Shown: positions 40,390-50,411 of the stretch, one piece after another
How positions within the stretch are numbered: position 1 is the first letter of the stretch
Layout of the letters: each line of letters starts with the position of its first letter
From: an uncultured delta proteobacterium
GTDB lineage: Bacteria > Desulfobacterota > Desulfobacteria > Desulfobacterales > UBA2156
Assembly (NCBI GenBank): GCA_963736855.1
Contig: CAVTQK010000017.1
Span: forward strand, 1 to 64,000
Length of the DNA stretch: 64,000 nucleotides
Direction: 5' to 3'
Notes under the pieces: generated by a model
Told to the model about the DNA's origin: nothing
The model's database searches: none
What the model saw: only the letters and a program-made list of their open reading frames with translations
Position numbers and translations under genes: made by a program

Positions 40390-41145
40390 TCACCTCAGAT
40401 AATCGAATACAGCGCCGCACACTGCATTTGCGAAAGCGGCAAGCTCGGCAGGATTTTGGAACCGCATTTCGTCCCGGGGGTTGGTCAGATAACCGATCTC
40501 CATCAAAATGGCGGGCATGTCCGCCCCTTTCAGGACTTGAATAGGGACTTGATGAATGCGCACCGGCAAGCCGAATTTATGTCCGATGGATTCCTTCAGG
40601 GTTTCGGCAAAGGCTTCAGATTTCGTTTGATGTCCGATCTGGAGGGTGTCCCAGTGCCGGGGTACTTTTACCGAATCCTCCGTCCCTGAAGACGGTGGTG
40701 TTATTGCCGTTTGGGGGAAAACGGATGCGTCACAGCAGAACAGTTCAACGCCCTTATTTTCCGGGTTCAGGCTTTCGGCGGCATGGATGCTGATAAACAG
40801 GCTGGCCTTTTCGTGATTGGCGATGGCCGTCCGTTTGGAAATTTCTATATCATAATCATCGGTTCGGGTCATCACTACGCGGTAAGCCTTGCTCAGTTGG
40901 GTTTCCATCATTCGGGCAAAGGTAAGGGTGACATCCTTTTCCAGAGATGCCGCCGGACCATGGATGCCTGCGTCTTGCCCGCCATGGCCGGGATCCAGGA
41001 CCACCGTTTTTCTTTCCGCATCCCACAGCCCGGCAGCCGCCGTGCCGACCATCCCGACCATTCCGACCATGAACAGACCCATTATCCACCACATCCGGAA
41101 TCCCGAGAATCTTGACACGACAGGGTTCTGAAAATTTGATTGCAT
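40390..41145 (-). CDS. N-acetylmuramoyl-L-alanine amidase (Amidase_3)
   Basis: VLDPGHGGQD, EKD, FISIHA and PAILMEIGYLTN. Confidence 0.93.
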   Translation of the reverse strand: MQSNFQNPVVSRFSGFRMWWIMGLFMVGMVGMVGTAAAGLWDAERKTVVLDPGHGGQDAGIHGPAASLEKDVTLTFARMMETQLSKAYRVVMTRTDDYDIEISKRTAIANHEKASLFISIHAAESLNPENKGVELFCCDASVFPQTAITPPSSGTEDSVKVPRHWDTLQIGHQTKSEAFAETLKESIGHKFGLPVRIHQVPIQVLKGADMPAILMEIGYLTNPRDEMRFQNPAELAAFANAVCGAVFDYLR

Positions 41146-41312
41146 GAATCCCTTTCCTGCTTTTATCTTGACACTTTTTGGCTCTGCAATTATGATCTAT
41201 CCGAATTTCTCTTGCAATTTAGCGTAGTTGACATAAATGTCAATATCGGTGCGGGATAGAGAGGGAAAACCTTAGCATAAGGTGTCGACTTTTTTCGAAG
41301 CCATTAATATAA

Positions 41313-41399
41313 GCGAGAGTGGCGGAACTGGTAGACGCACTGGACTTAGGATCCAGCTCTGGCGACAGGGTGGGAGTTCGAGTCTCCCCTCTCGCACCA
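41313..41399 (+). tRNA. tRNA-Leu(TAG)
   Basis: GCGAGAGTGGCGGAACTGGTAGACGC..CTGGA-CTTAGGA-TCCAG, long variable arm, GTTCGAGTC and CCA. Confidence 0.96.
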
Positions 41400-41464
41400 T
41401 CGGCACCCGCCCCCGTATATCCTAAAAACGTTTAGCATAAATAAAGGAGATCAAAGAAAGGAAT

Positions 41465-42812
41465 ATGATGCAGGTTACTGTGGAAAACGTCAACAGCGTA
41501 AAAAAGATTCTCCATGTCGAAGTCCCGGCGGAGATGGTCAGGCAAGAGATCGAAAATGCCTACCGGGAGATTAAAAAGACGGCGAAAATCAAGGGGTTTC
41601 GTCAGGGAAAGGTCCCACGAAACGTCCTCGAACGTCTTTTTAAAAAGGATGTGCAGGCGGATGTGACCAACCGTTTGATCCAGGAGACCTTTGTGAAGGC
41701 CCTCAAAGAGGCGGACCTGAACATCGTCGGAAGCCCGAAGATCGATCCTTCGGAGGTTGCACCCCAAACTCTCGTTCCAATACAATGCCACGGTGGAGAT
41801 ACAACCCAAGATCGACGCCATCGATTTCAAGGGGTTGAAATTAAAGAAGAATATCTATAAGGTCAGTGATGCGGAAATCGAAACGCACCTCAAGCTGCTC
41901 CAAAAAAACATGGCTCAACTTAAAACGATCACAGAGGAGCGCCCGGCAAGAGAGGACGATTACGCCCTTATCGATTATGAAGGGCATAAAGAAGGACGGC
42001 TCTTCCCGGAGATCGGAAAGGCCGAAAATTTCGCATTGCAAATCGGAAAAGGGGCTATCGCCCGGGAGATCGACGAGCAGCTCATCGGAATGAAGCCGGG
42101 GGAACAGAAACCGGTAACCGTCCAATTTCCCCAGGACCACTTCAATAAGGCCCTGGCCGAACAGAAAATCGATTTTCAAGTCCGCTTAAGAGAAATCCGG
42201 GAGGAGATCCTGCCTAAAATCGATGATGAACTCGCCAAAGATGTAGGCGATTATCAAAACCTGGAAGCTCTGAAAGCCCAAATTTTCGATAATCTGAAGA
42301 AGGGATACGAAAAACGAACCGACCAGGAACTCAACGAGCAGATTTTCAAGGCCCTCATCGAAAAGATTCCTTTCGAGGTCCCGGAGACCCTTGTGGAAGC
42401 CGAACTGGAAGGTATTCTCTCGGATGTGGAACGGTCGTTTCAGTACCGGAATAAGAAACTGGAAGACGTGGGGCTTACCAGAAATATAATGGCTGAACGC
42501 TACCGGGAAACCGCAGAGAAACAGGTCAGGAGATTCCTGATCCTGGACAAGATTATCGAGCAGGAGTCCCTGAAGCTTGGCGATGGTGAACTGGAGACCG
42601 AAATGACCCGGATGGCTGAAACGCTGAACCAACCCATCGATGAAATCAATCGATATTACAAGGAAAATGGGAACCGTCTGAAAGTTTTAGAGCACGGACT
42701 ACTTGAAAAAAAGGCCATGGCGCTTATTATAGATAACAGCCAGATCGAAGAGGTCCGTCAAAAAGAAGATGCGGACCCTGAAATTCAGACCGAAAAAAAA
42801 GAAAAGGAGTAA
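41465..42812 (+). CDS. tig: Trigger factor, split by one extra base (probable consensus error)
   Basis: The N-terminal part with GFRQGKVP (41465..) and the FKBP/C-terminal part (..42812) join if one C is removed from the C4 run at 41762-65. Canonical position upstream of clpPX. Confidence 0.92.
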
Positions 42813-42815
42813 GCC

Positions 42816-43439
42816 TTGCCTCTCATACCTATGGTCATCGAACAGAGTAGTCGGGGGGAACGTGCATATGACATCTATTCGCGGCTCCTGAAGGATCGGA
42901 TCATCTTTTTAGGCACCGCCATCAATGATGAGGTGGCCAACCTGCTCATCGCCCAGCTATTGTTTTTAGAGTCGGAGGATCCGGACAAGGACATCAATTT
43001 TTACATCAACAGCCCGGGAGGCCTTGTCACTTCGGGTCTTGCCGTGTATGATACCATGAGTTACATCAAACCGGAGATTGCCACGGTGTGTATCGGACAG
43101 GCCGCCAGTATGGGCGCTATCCTGTTGGCTGCAGGAACCCATGGAAAGCGGTATTCGCTTCCGAATTCGAGAATTCTCATCCATCAACCCATGGGCGGGT
43201 TCCAGGGTCAGGCATCGGATATTGCGATCCAGGCAAAGGAGATCCTGCGCATGAAAGATACATTGAACCAAATCCTGGCCCATCACACGAGGAAAGACAT
43301 CGAAATCATTCAGACGGATACGGATCGTGACTTTTTCATGTCCGGCAAGGAAGCTAAAGAGTACGGCATTGTGGACCATGTTATCGTGAACCGGGATGAC
43401 CTGGATCGTCTGGACAAGCCGGATAAACAGGAGAAATGA
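42816..43439 (+). CDS. clpP: ATP-dependent Clp protease proteolytic subunit
   Basis: [30 protein letters not shown] and IHQP. Confidence 0.98.
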   Translation: MPLIPMVIEQSSRGERAYDIYSRLLKDRIIFLGTAINDEVANLLIAQLLFLESEDPDKDINFYINSPGGLVTSGLAVYDTMSYIKPEIATVCIGQAASMGAILLAAGTHGKRYSLPNSRILIHQPMGGFQGQASDIAIQAKEILRMKDTLNQILAHHTRKDIEIIQTDTDRDFFMSGKEAKEYGIVDHVIVNRDDLDRLDKPDKQEK

Positions 43440-43440
43440 C

Positions 43441-44685
43441 ATGCCTGGAAAAGAAGGAAATAGCGACAAGCTCTTTTGCTCTTTTTGCGGTAAAAATCAG
43501 AAAGAGGTGAAAAAGCTGATCGCCGGCCCGGCCGTTTACATTTGCGATGAATGCATCCGGCTGTGCAGCGAAATCATCGATGAAGAAACCGAAAAAGACG
43601 TCACGGAAACCAAGCGACACCTTTCACCAAAAGAGATCAAGGAGATGCTCGACGACTATGTCATCGAGCAGGAGTACGCCAAGAAAATCCTCTCCGTAGC
43701 GGTTTACAACCATTACAAGCGGATCGAATCGGGGGTCCATACCGATGACGTGGAACTGCAGAAAAGCAATATCCTTTTGATCGGGCCTACCGGATGTGGA
43801 AAGACCCTGCTGGCCCAGACCCTGGCCCGGTTTCTTAATGTCCCTTTCACTATCGCGGATGCCACCAGCCTCACGGAAGCCGGCTACGTCGGAGAGGATG
43901 TGGAAAACATCATCCTGTCACTCCTACAGAATGCCGATTATGACGTCGAAAAGGCCAAGCGGGGCATCGTGTACATTGATGAAATCGACAAGATCGCCCG
44001 AAAATCGGATAACCCTTCGATCACACGGGACGTATCGGGGGAGGGGGTTCAGCAGGCTCTCCTCAAGATCATCGAAGGGACCATGGCCTCCGTGCCGCCC
44101 AAGGGCGGGAGGAAACATCCACAGCAGGACTTCATCAAAGTGGATACCACCGATATCCTGTTCATCTGTGGTGGAACCTTCACCGGGCTCGAGGAAATCA
44201 TCCAGCGCCGAATGGGTTCCAAGCTCATGGGGTTCGGTGCAAAGATCGTGTCCAAGGAGGAAAAACGCATCGGCGACATCCTGAGGATGGTTCAGCCCGA
44301 AGACCTCATCAAGTATGGGATGATTCCCGAATTCCTGGGAAGGCTTCCCGTCGTCGCCACACTGGATGAGCTAGGCCAAGCATCCCTGATTCGAATCCTC
44401 AAGGAGCCCAAAAACGCCCTCATCAAGCAGTTTGAAAAGCTTTTCGACCTGGAAGGAGTGAACCTGCGTTTTACCGACAGCGCCCTTTCGGCTTTGGCGA
44501 AAGAAGCGATGAAACGTAAATCCGGCGCCAGAGGGCTTCGGGCCATCATTGAAGGCTGCTTGCTGGATATCATGTATGAGCTGCCTTCCATCCAAAACGT
44601 CAGAGAGTGTGTGGTCAGCGAGGATGTCGTACTAAATCACGAAGACCCCATCATCCTCTTCGAACAGGAAAAGATCAAGGCCTGA
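43441..44685 (+). CDS. clpX: ATP-dependent Clp protease ATP-binding subunit
   Basis: CSFCGK zinc finger, [16 protein letters not shown] and [10 protein letters not shown]. Start at ATG 43441. Confidence 0.98.
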   Translation: MPGKEGNSDKLFCSFCGKNQKEVKKLIAGPAVYICDECIRLCSEIIDEETEKDVTETKRHLSPKEIKEMLDDYVIEQEYAKKILSVAVYNHYKRIESGVHTDDVELQKSNILLIGPTGCGKTLLAQTLARFLNVPFTIADATSLTEAGYVGEDVENIILSLLQNADYDVEKAKRGIVYIDEIDKIARKSDNPSITRDVSGEGVQQALLKIIEGTMASVPPKGGRKHPQQDFIKVDTTDILFICGGTFTGLEEIIQRRMGSKLMGFGAKIVSKEEKRIGDILRMVQPEDLIKYGMIPEFLGRLPVVATLDELGQASLIRILKEPKNALIKQFEKLFDLEGVNLRFTDSALSALAKEAMKRKSGARGLRAIIEGCLLDIMYELPSIQNVRECVVSEDVVLNHEDPIILFEQEKIKA

Positions 44686-44726
44686 AAGATTCAAACCGGA
44701 TCAATTTATCTATAATCATTAAACGG

Positions 44727-44880
44727 GATGGCAAAGTAAAAACTTCATATGCAAGGCGTTCAAATCTTAAGAAATGAGGCGTGCTGACCGGTACGCCGCC
44801 ATAACTTGTCTGCGTGCTGAATGCACAGGCAGGCGAAGGAAGCAGCGCAACGCAGCGGATGAACTTTCTACGAGGCCATC
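44727..44880. mobile_element. MITE-like element, copy 2 (inverted relative to copy 1), carrying a 29-bp palindromic insert
   Basis: GATGGCAAAGTAAAAA...TTTCTACGAGGCCATC aligns by eye with the reverse complement of 29949-30074, apart from an insert at 44806-44834. Confidence 0.8.
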
Positions 44881-44897
44881 GAATATGAGCAATAAAA

Positions 44898-47336
44898 ATG
44901 GTGACATTACCTAAAATTTTCCAAAGTGATCGGCAACCGGAACCCGTCCGGATGCTTCCCCTTCTCCCTTTGAGGGATATCGTTGTGTTCCCCAGTATGG
45001 TTGCCCCGCTTTTTGTAGGCCGGGACAAATCGGTCAATGCCTTGGCCGAGGCCATGAACAGCGATAAAAGCCTCTTTCTGGCCACTCAGAAGAGGGCCAA
45101 CATCGACAACCCCACCGAAAGAGACCTCAACACCATCGGATCTGTGGGCACGGTCCTTCAGCTCCTCCGGCTTCCGGACGGCACAGTGAAGGCTCTGGTG
45201 GAAGGAAAGAGCCGGGCACGAATCATCCGGTTCGTTGCCAATGAAGGCTTTTTCAAGGTGGAATACGAATTGATCCCGGACGCAGGCCTCTCGGATTTTG
45301 AAGGAGAGGCATTACGACGGGCCATTGTCCAGAGTTTCGATGAGTATGCCAAGCTCAACAAAAATATCTCCAAAGAGATGATCCAGAACGTCTCCACCAT
45401 TGCCAGCCTTTCCCAGCTTGCCGATATGGTGGCAGCGCAATTCGCATTCAAGCTGGAAGACAAGCAGAAACTCCTGGAGGCCGAAGATTTGGAACAGCGG
45501 TTGACGCTGCTGCTGCGATTCGTCCGGACCGAGATCGACATCTTTAAGATGGATCAGCGGATCAAGGGCCGGATCAAGGAGCAGATGGAGAAAGTTCAAA
45601 AGAACTTCTATCTCAACGAGCAGATGCGGGCCATCAAAAAGGAGATGGGGGCGGAAGAGGACCCAAGCGAAGAGCTTGCCGAGCTGGAAAAGCGGATCAA
45701 GCGCAAACGCATGTCCAGAGAAGCATCGGGAAAGGTTCGTCAGGAGTTCAAGAAACTCAGGATGATGACGCCCATGTCCGCTGAGGCAACGGTGGTCCGG
45801 GGTTACATCGAGTGGCTCATCGGTCTCCCCTGGTTCGATAAAACCGCTGTTCGTCATGACATCAAGGAAGCGGAGAAGATCCTCAACGAAGACCACTACG
45901 GTCTTGAAAAACCCAAGGAGCGGATCTTGGAATACCTTGCCGTCCAATCCCTGGTCAAAAAAATCAAGGGGCCGATATTGTGTTTCGTGGGACCGCCGGG
46001 CGTCGGTAAGACCTCTTTGGCCAAATCCATCTCCAGGGCTACGGGAAGGAAATTCGTGAGGCTTTCCTTGGGCGGTGTCCGGGACGAGGCCGAGATTCGG
46101 GGCCATCGCCGCACTTACATCGGCGCCATGCCGGGAAAGATTATCCAGTCGATCAGGAAAATCGGCGTGAACAACCCCGTCTTCTGTCTGGATGAAGTGG
46201 ACAAGATGAGCATGGATTTTCGCGGGGATCCGTCGGCAGCACTTTTGGAAGTCCTGGATCCGGAGCAGAACTTCAGCTTCAACGATCACTATCTGGATGT
46301 GGACTATGATCTTACGGACATCCTCTTTATCACCACGGCCAACACGCTCCCGGATATCCCCCTGCCGCTCCAGGACCGGATGGAGATCATAAGGCTTCCC
46401 GGATACACCGAGTACGAAAAACTGCACATCGCCATGGGGTTTTTAATCCCCAAACAGGTTGTGGCTAACGGGTTGGAAGGCAGGAAAATCAGTTTTTCCA
46501 AACAGGCCATCTCAATGATCATCAACCGGTATACCCGGGAAGCCGGTGTCCGGAACTTGGAAAGGGAAATTGCCTCCATCTGCCGAAAGATCGCCCGGGA
46601 GGTCATGCAGAACAAAAAGAAAGAGAACATCCACGTTTCGGCCAGTTCAGTACAGAAATACCTGGGACCCCCGAGGTTCAGGGACAGCCAGATCGAACCG
46701 GAAGATCAGGTCGGTATGGTGACCGGCCTGGCGTGGACCCAGGTGGGCGGTGAACTGTTGTGTGTGGAGACATTGACCATGCCGGGAAAAGGGGAGCTCA
46801 TCATCACCGGGAAACTGGGAGATGTGATGAAGGAATCCGCCCAGGCCGCCGTAAGCTATGTGCGATCCCGGGCCGAATGCCTCTTGATCGATCCCAAGTT
46901 TTATAGAAAGCTGGATCTTCACATCCACATTCCGGAAGGAGCGATCCCTAAGGACGGTCCTTCGGCAGGGATTGCCATGTGCACCTCCATCGTTTCCGCA
47001 CTCACCCGCCGGCCTATCCGCAGGGATGTGGCCATGACCGGCGAGATTACCCTTCGCGGACGGATTCTGCCCATCGGCGGGCTGAAGGAAAAGATCCTGG
47101 CCGCCCATCGGGGAGGCATTAAAAAGGTCATCATCCCCAAGGAAAATGAAAAGGACTTGAGGGATATCCCCAAGACCATTTCCAAGCAGATCGACATCGT
47201 CATGGCGGAGCACATGGATGAAGTGCTGCCCCAGGCGATGATCCTGAGAGTGGGAGAGTCTTGTTTCAGAGAAAACGACATCTCCTTCCAGATGGCGCCG
47301 GAGGAAAAAACAGAAGGACGGCCATCTTTAATTTAA
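44898..47336 (+). CDS. lon: Endopeptidase La
   Basis: [29 protein letters not shown] and PKDGPSAG. Confidence 0.98.
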   Translation: MVTLPKIFQSDRQPEPVRMLPLLPLRDIVVFPSMVAPLFVGRDKSVNALAEAMNSDKSLFLATQKRANIDNPTERDLNTIGSVGTVLQLLRLPDGTVKALVEGKSRARIIRFVANEGFFKVEYELIPDAGLSDFEGEALRRAIVQSFDEYAKLNKNISKEMIQNVSTIASLSQLADMVAAQFAFKLEDKQKLLEAEDLEQRLTLLLRFVRTEIDIFKMDQRIKGRIKEQMEKVQKNFYLNEQMRAIKKEMGAEEDPSEELAELEKRIKRKRMSREASGKVRQEFKKLRMMTPMSAEATVVRGYIEWLIGLPWFDKTAVRHDIKEAEKILNEDHYGLEKPKERILEYLAVQSLVKKIKGPILCFVGPPGVGKTSLAKSISRATGRKFVRLSLGGVRDEAEIRGHRRTYIGAMPGKIIQSIRKIGVNNPVFCLDEVDKMSMDFRGDPSAALLEVLDPEQNFSFNDHYLDVDYDLTDILFITTANTLPDIPLPLQDRMEIIRLPGYTEYEKLHIAMGFLIPKQVVANGLEGRKISFSKQAISMIINRYTREAGVRNLEREIASICRKIAREVMQNKKKENIHVSASSVQKYLGPPRFRDSQIEPEDQVGMVTGLAWTQVGGELLCVETLTMPGKGELIITGKLGDVMKESAQAAVSYVRSRAECLLIDPKFYRKLDLHIHIPEGAIPKDGPSAGIAMCTSIVSALTRRPIRRDVAMTGEITLRGRILPIGGLKEKILAAHRGGIKKVIIPKENEKDLRDIPKTISKQIDIVMAEHMDEVLPQAMILRVGESCFRENDISFQMAPEEKTEGRPSLI

Positions 47337-47357
47337 TCCACTGCGCTGGAATATCTG

Positions 47358-47386
47358 TTGACAAAAGGCCGTTGCGCTGTTACTAA
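47358..47386 (+). promoter_or_regulatory. Putative sigma70 promoter of the tRNA-Val/Asp cluster
   Basis: TTGACA-17 bp-TACTAA, 12 bp before tRNA-Val. Confidence 0.7.
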
Positions 47387-47398
47387 TCAGCGGCTTTA

Positions 47399-47473
47399 GG
47401 GCGGGTAGCTCAGCGGGAGAGCATCGGCCTTACAAGCCGGGGGTCACAGGTTCAAACCCTGTTCCGCCTACCA
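47399..47473 (+). tRNA. tRNA-Val(TAC)
   Basis: GGGCGGGTAGCTCAG..TCGGC-CTTACAA-GCCGG..GGTTCAAACC..CCA. Confidence 0.95.
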
Positions 47474-47517
47474 AAAAAATAAATGAGCCGCTTTATGGCT
47501 CACCCAATCGCTTCGCC

Positions 47518-47590
47518 GGGGCGTAGTTCAGTTTGGTTAGAACGTCCCGCCTAAATGGCGGGAAAGTCGATTGGCCGAGCCCATCGGTCA
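47518..47590 (+). pseudogene. tRNA-Asp-derived pseudo-tRNA A (anticodon arm replaced by a palindrome)
   Basis: 27 nt identical to the tRNA-Asp 5' part (GGGGCGTAGTTCAGTTTGGTTAGAACG), then TCCCGCC-TAAAT-GGCGGGA, then AAGTCGA and a degenerate T arm. Confidence 0.8.
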
Positions 47591-47619
47591 TTGACTTGTT
47601 CTTTGTTTGTTTTCATCGC

Positions 47620-47697
47620 GGGGGCGTAGTTCAGTTTGGTTAGAACGCCGGCCTGTCACGCCGGAAGTCGAGGGTTCGAACCCCTTCGTCCCCGCCA
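47620..47697 (+). tRNA. tRNA-Asp(GTC)
   Basis: Complete cloverleaf with CCGGC-CTGTCAC-GCCGG, GTTCGAA and CCA. Confidence 0.96.
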
Positions 47698-47974
47698 GTA
47701 AAATCAAGGACTTAGAGAGTTTATCTAAGTCCTTTTTTATTTCATTAAAACAAACTGATTATTCGAAAGTATTATATCATCATGATGCCAAGCGATGTCC
47801 GCGCATGGATATGCAAAGCGAACTCAATAAATTATTCGAAAACCGGCTTCCTGATCCCAATCTAAAATCTTCTATAAAAATTATGAAAAGATTGACGTTA
47901 ACTGATAGATAGGCTACTGTTATTAGTACCCAAAATTGAGGCGGCATTAAGAATCCACATATAGGAAAAGGGGA

Positions 47975-48214
47975 ATGTCCCCGGTTGCTTTAAGGTCTGG
48001 ACCCTATAGGTTTTACTTTGTCAGTCATGATCTGCACGAACCACCGCATGTCCATATTGACCGAGATGCTTTTTCAGCCAAATTCTGGCTCAATCCTGTG
48101 GCTCTGGCGTATAATCTTGGATTTCCTGCAAAAGAACTGAGGAAGGTCGAAGCGATCACCGTTGAAAATCAAAAAGAGTTATTGGAGAAATGGAATGAAT
48201 ACTTTGGAACCTAA
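47975..48214 (+). CDS. DUF4160 family protein (putative toxin-antitoxin component)
   Basis: GPYRFYFVSHDLHEPPHVHI...AKFWL...WNEYFG. Confidence 0.85.
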   Translation: MSPVALRSGPYRFYFVSHDLHEPPHVHIDRDAFSAKFWLNPVALAYNLGFPAKELRKVEAITVENQKELLEKWNEYFGT

Positions 48215-48467
48215 GGCAGGAGAACGAATAAAGAATGTTTCTTTCACAGATGATACTATCATTGTAGATCTTTTCGACGGACGAACTATAACGGTTCCCC
48301 TGACATGGTATCCCCGTCTGCTCCATGCAACGCCGGAACAGCTCAAGAATTGGAAAATAGCTGGAGCGGGATACGGAATACATTGGCCGGAGATTGATGA
48401 AGATCTCAGCACCCAAGGTCTTTTACAGGGTGCTCCAGCTCCCCGCACGGCTTCGAAAGCTGCATAA
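48195..48467 (+). CDS. DUF2442 family protein (partner of DUF4160)
   Basis: LFDGRTITVPLTWYPRLLHATPEQ and GYGIHWPEIDEDLS. Overlaps the upstream gene. Confidence 0.88.
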   Translation: MNTLEPKAGERIKNVSFTDDTIIVDLFDGRTITVPLTWYPRLLHATPEQLKNWKIAGAGYGIHWPEIDEDLSTQGLLQGAPAPRTASKAA

Positions 48468-48703
48468 ATTTTATAAAGTACTTGCCTAATGCCACCTATC
48501 TCAATTCGGCATCTCTAACCATCATTCCGGCATTAAAACTGATATAGTTCATCACTGCGTAAAAAACTGCGTGAATTTTGATAGACGAATTCGAGCAAAT
48601 TCTCATTTCTATTTACGAATTCACTCAAATTCTCACGCAGTAACAGTTTGATATCTTTATAATATATTGAATTCATTGAAAATAAAAAATCGGGACATGG
48701 AAT

Positions 48704-48748
48704 CTGTCACGCCGGAAGTCGAGGGTTCGAACCCCTTCGTCCCCGCCA
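48704..48748 (+). repeat. 45-bp perfect direct repeat of the tRNA-Asp 3' half (att site)
   Basis: CTGTCACGCCGGAAGTCGAGGGTTCGAACCCCTTCGTCCCCGCCA is identical to 47653-47697. Confidence 0.95.
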
Positions 48749-48798
48749 CTGTTTTCATGGCCTGCCATCTGTAAAGATGTGCCAGGCCTTTTTTCTTT

Positions 48799-49052
48799 AT
48801 GGCATACTGCGTTTACATAATCCAAAGCCAGGTTGATGGAGGTTTCTATGTCGGCTCAACCCGTGACATTGATGACCGGCTTGAGCGTCACAACACAGGG
48901 AGGAGTCGTTACACCAGGGGAAGCGTGCATGGAAATTGGTTTATAAGGAAGACTGTCCGGATCGATCGAGTGCAATAAAACGTGAGTTAGAGATCAAAAA
49001 CAAAAAGAAACGAACGGTTATCGAAGCGCTGATTAGAACGTCCCGCCCCTAA
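48799..49052 (+). CDS. Small GIY-YIG nuclease (one-base frameshift near 48917-48921), absent from the ORF track
   Basis: Manual translation gives MAYCVYIIQSQVDGGFYVGSTRDIDDRLERHNTGRSRYTRG / KRAWKLVYKEDCPDRSSAIKRELEIKNKKKRTVIEALIRTSRP*. It has the VY...YVG, RL..H and A..RE..IK signatures. Confidence 0.88.
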
Positions 49053-49092
49053 GGCGGGAAGGTCGCGAGTTCGAACCCCTTCGTCCCCGCCA
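49033..49092 (+). pseudogene. tRNA-Asp-derived pseudo-tRNA B, overlapping the GIY-YIG 3' end
   Basis: TTAGAACG-TCCCGCC-CCTAA-GGCGGGA-AGGTCGCGA-GTTCGAACCCCTTCGTCCCCGCCA. The last 24 nt are identical to the tRNA-Asp 3' end. Confidence 0.85.
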
Positions 49093-49529
49093 AGTAAATT
49101 CAAGGGGTTACGGCAATCAACCGTAGCCCTTTCTTATTTGTTCCCAGCAGTATTCCCAGCAAGCAACCCGAATTTTAGCCTTTTTGACATTTCAGGCCCA
49201 GTATCGACATCACCCGGATTGAGAACCCAACAGATCAGGACTTTGCCCGGAAAGAGAAATATTCAAGAGCAATGAAATTATTTATATTGAGACTTTACTG
49301 CGAATTCCGCATTCAGCCGCATAAAAGGGGATAGATGGAAAGGTTGAACTGCATTTTCCATATTAACTTGTCTGTTATGAGCATATATGTAATATTTGAC
49401 ATGCTATAAGGACGATATCGAGTAATTTATTCCAGATATTGATAATGTTCGGCAAACATGCTTGTTTCGTATTGTTGGGTTTCAGTATAATGGAAGCAAG
49501 ATGAATGAACCAACATAGGAGAGGTCAAC

Positions 49530-49752
49530 ATGGCAATGACCGCACAAGAAATCTTCACAGAAACCGTACGAAACCTGCCACCCAGAGAACGGCTTCGTCT
49601 GGCAGCACTCATTTTACAGGATCTGGCACAATCAGATGTCGGCGGTTGTGAACCGAAGTGACACTTGGAGCGAACAAGACCAGAGAGATCTGACTGCCGT
49701 TTCATTGAAGTATGCGGCTGGTCTCTACCCAGAGGAGCAGGAACTTGTTTAA
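49530..49752 (+). pseudogene. Putative antitoxin (frameshifted)
   Basis: GAGG RBS, then MAMTAQEIFTETVRNLPPRERLRLAALILQDL / ...DTWSEQDQRDLTAVSLKYAAGLYPEEQELV*. It overlaps the start of the PemK-like gene. Confidence 0.6.
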
Positions 49753-50108
49753 TCCGGGAGATGTGGTGGCGATTGACTTTCCTGGTGTGACTGGCGTCAA
49801 ACGCCGGCCTGCTGTTGTAGTCTCCTCCGCAGTCTATCATGCCTCACGCCCCGATGTGGTTGTCTGCCTCATTACAAGCCAAACCATTCCATGTGGTCCT
49901 GACGGATTACATATTGCAGGATTGGGGTAAGGCAGGTTTACGAGTCCCATCGGTCTTTCGGTGTTTTTTCGCTACGCTCCCTCCCGCTACCCATCCTGTG
50001 CTCGTCGGCCATTTGTCAGACCGAGACTGGCGTGGAGTATGTGAGTGCATAAAGATCGCCCTGGCCCCCTTATCTACCTCAGAACGTTCGACAACATCAC
50101 CGTCGTAA
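49745..50108 (+). pseudogene. PemK/MazF-family toxin (frameshifted near 49885-49900)
   Basis: PGDVVAIDFPGVTGVKRRPAVVVS...DVVVCLITS, continuing in another frame as DYILQDWGKAGLRVPSVFR...VGHLSDRDW. Confidence 0.82.
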
Positions 50109-50411
50109 TCGACCATGTTCGCTGAAGTGGGATTGCCGAACGAATAAGGATAGATCGTGAGAGCGAAGCGAACCACGATCTTATCCTGTAGTTGGACAAG
50201 CCCGGCGGAATTCAGGGAGGTATCCTTATAAAGGAAAATATCTTTTGTTGAATGGGAGGTGGTTTTAACCCGAACTGGGAGCAAGACAATTTTCAGGGCA
50301 AGCGAGATCAATAAGCCTATCAGAGGGCTTATTAAACGGTCTTTATGTCATAGAATTTTTCTTAACCTCCTATGCTTATGTTTACTTCAGGTCATTGCCG
50401 ATTTAGACATG

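Noticed and set aside
41313..41399. Long-variable-arm tRNA as tRNA-Sec
   Set aside because: The anticodon is TAG (Leu) with a normal 7-bp acceptor stem. No selC was seen in this window.
41755..41775. Programmed frameshift in tig
   Set aside because: No such recoding is known to me and there is no slippery motif. One extra C in a homopolymer fits a consensus error.
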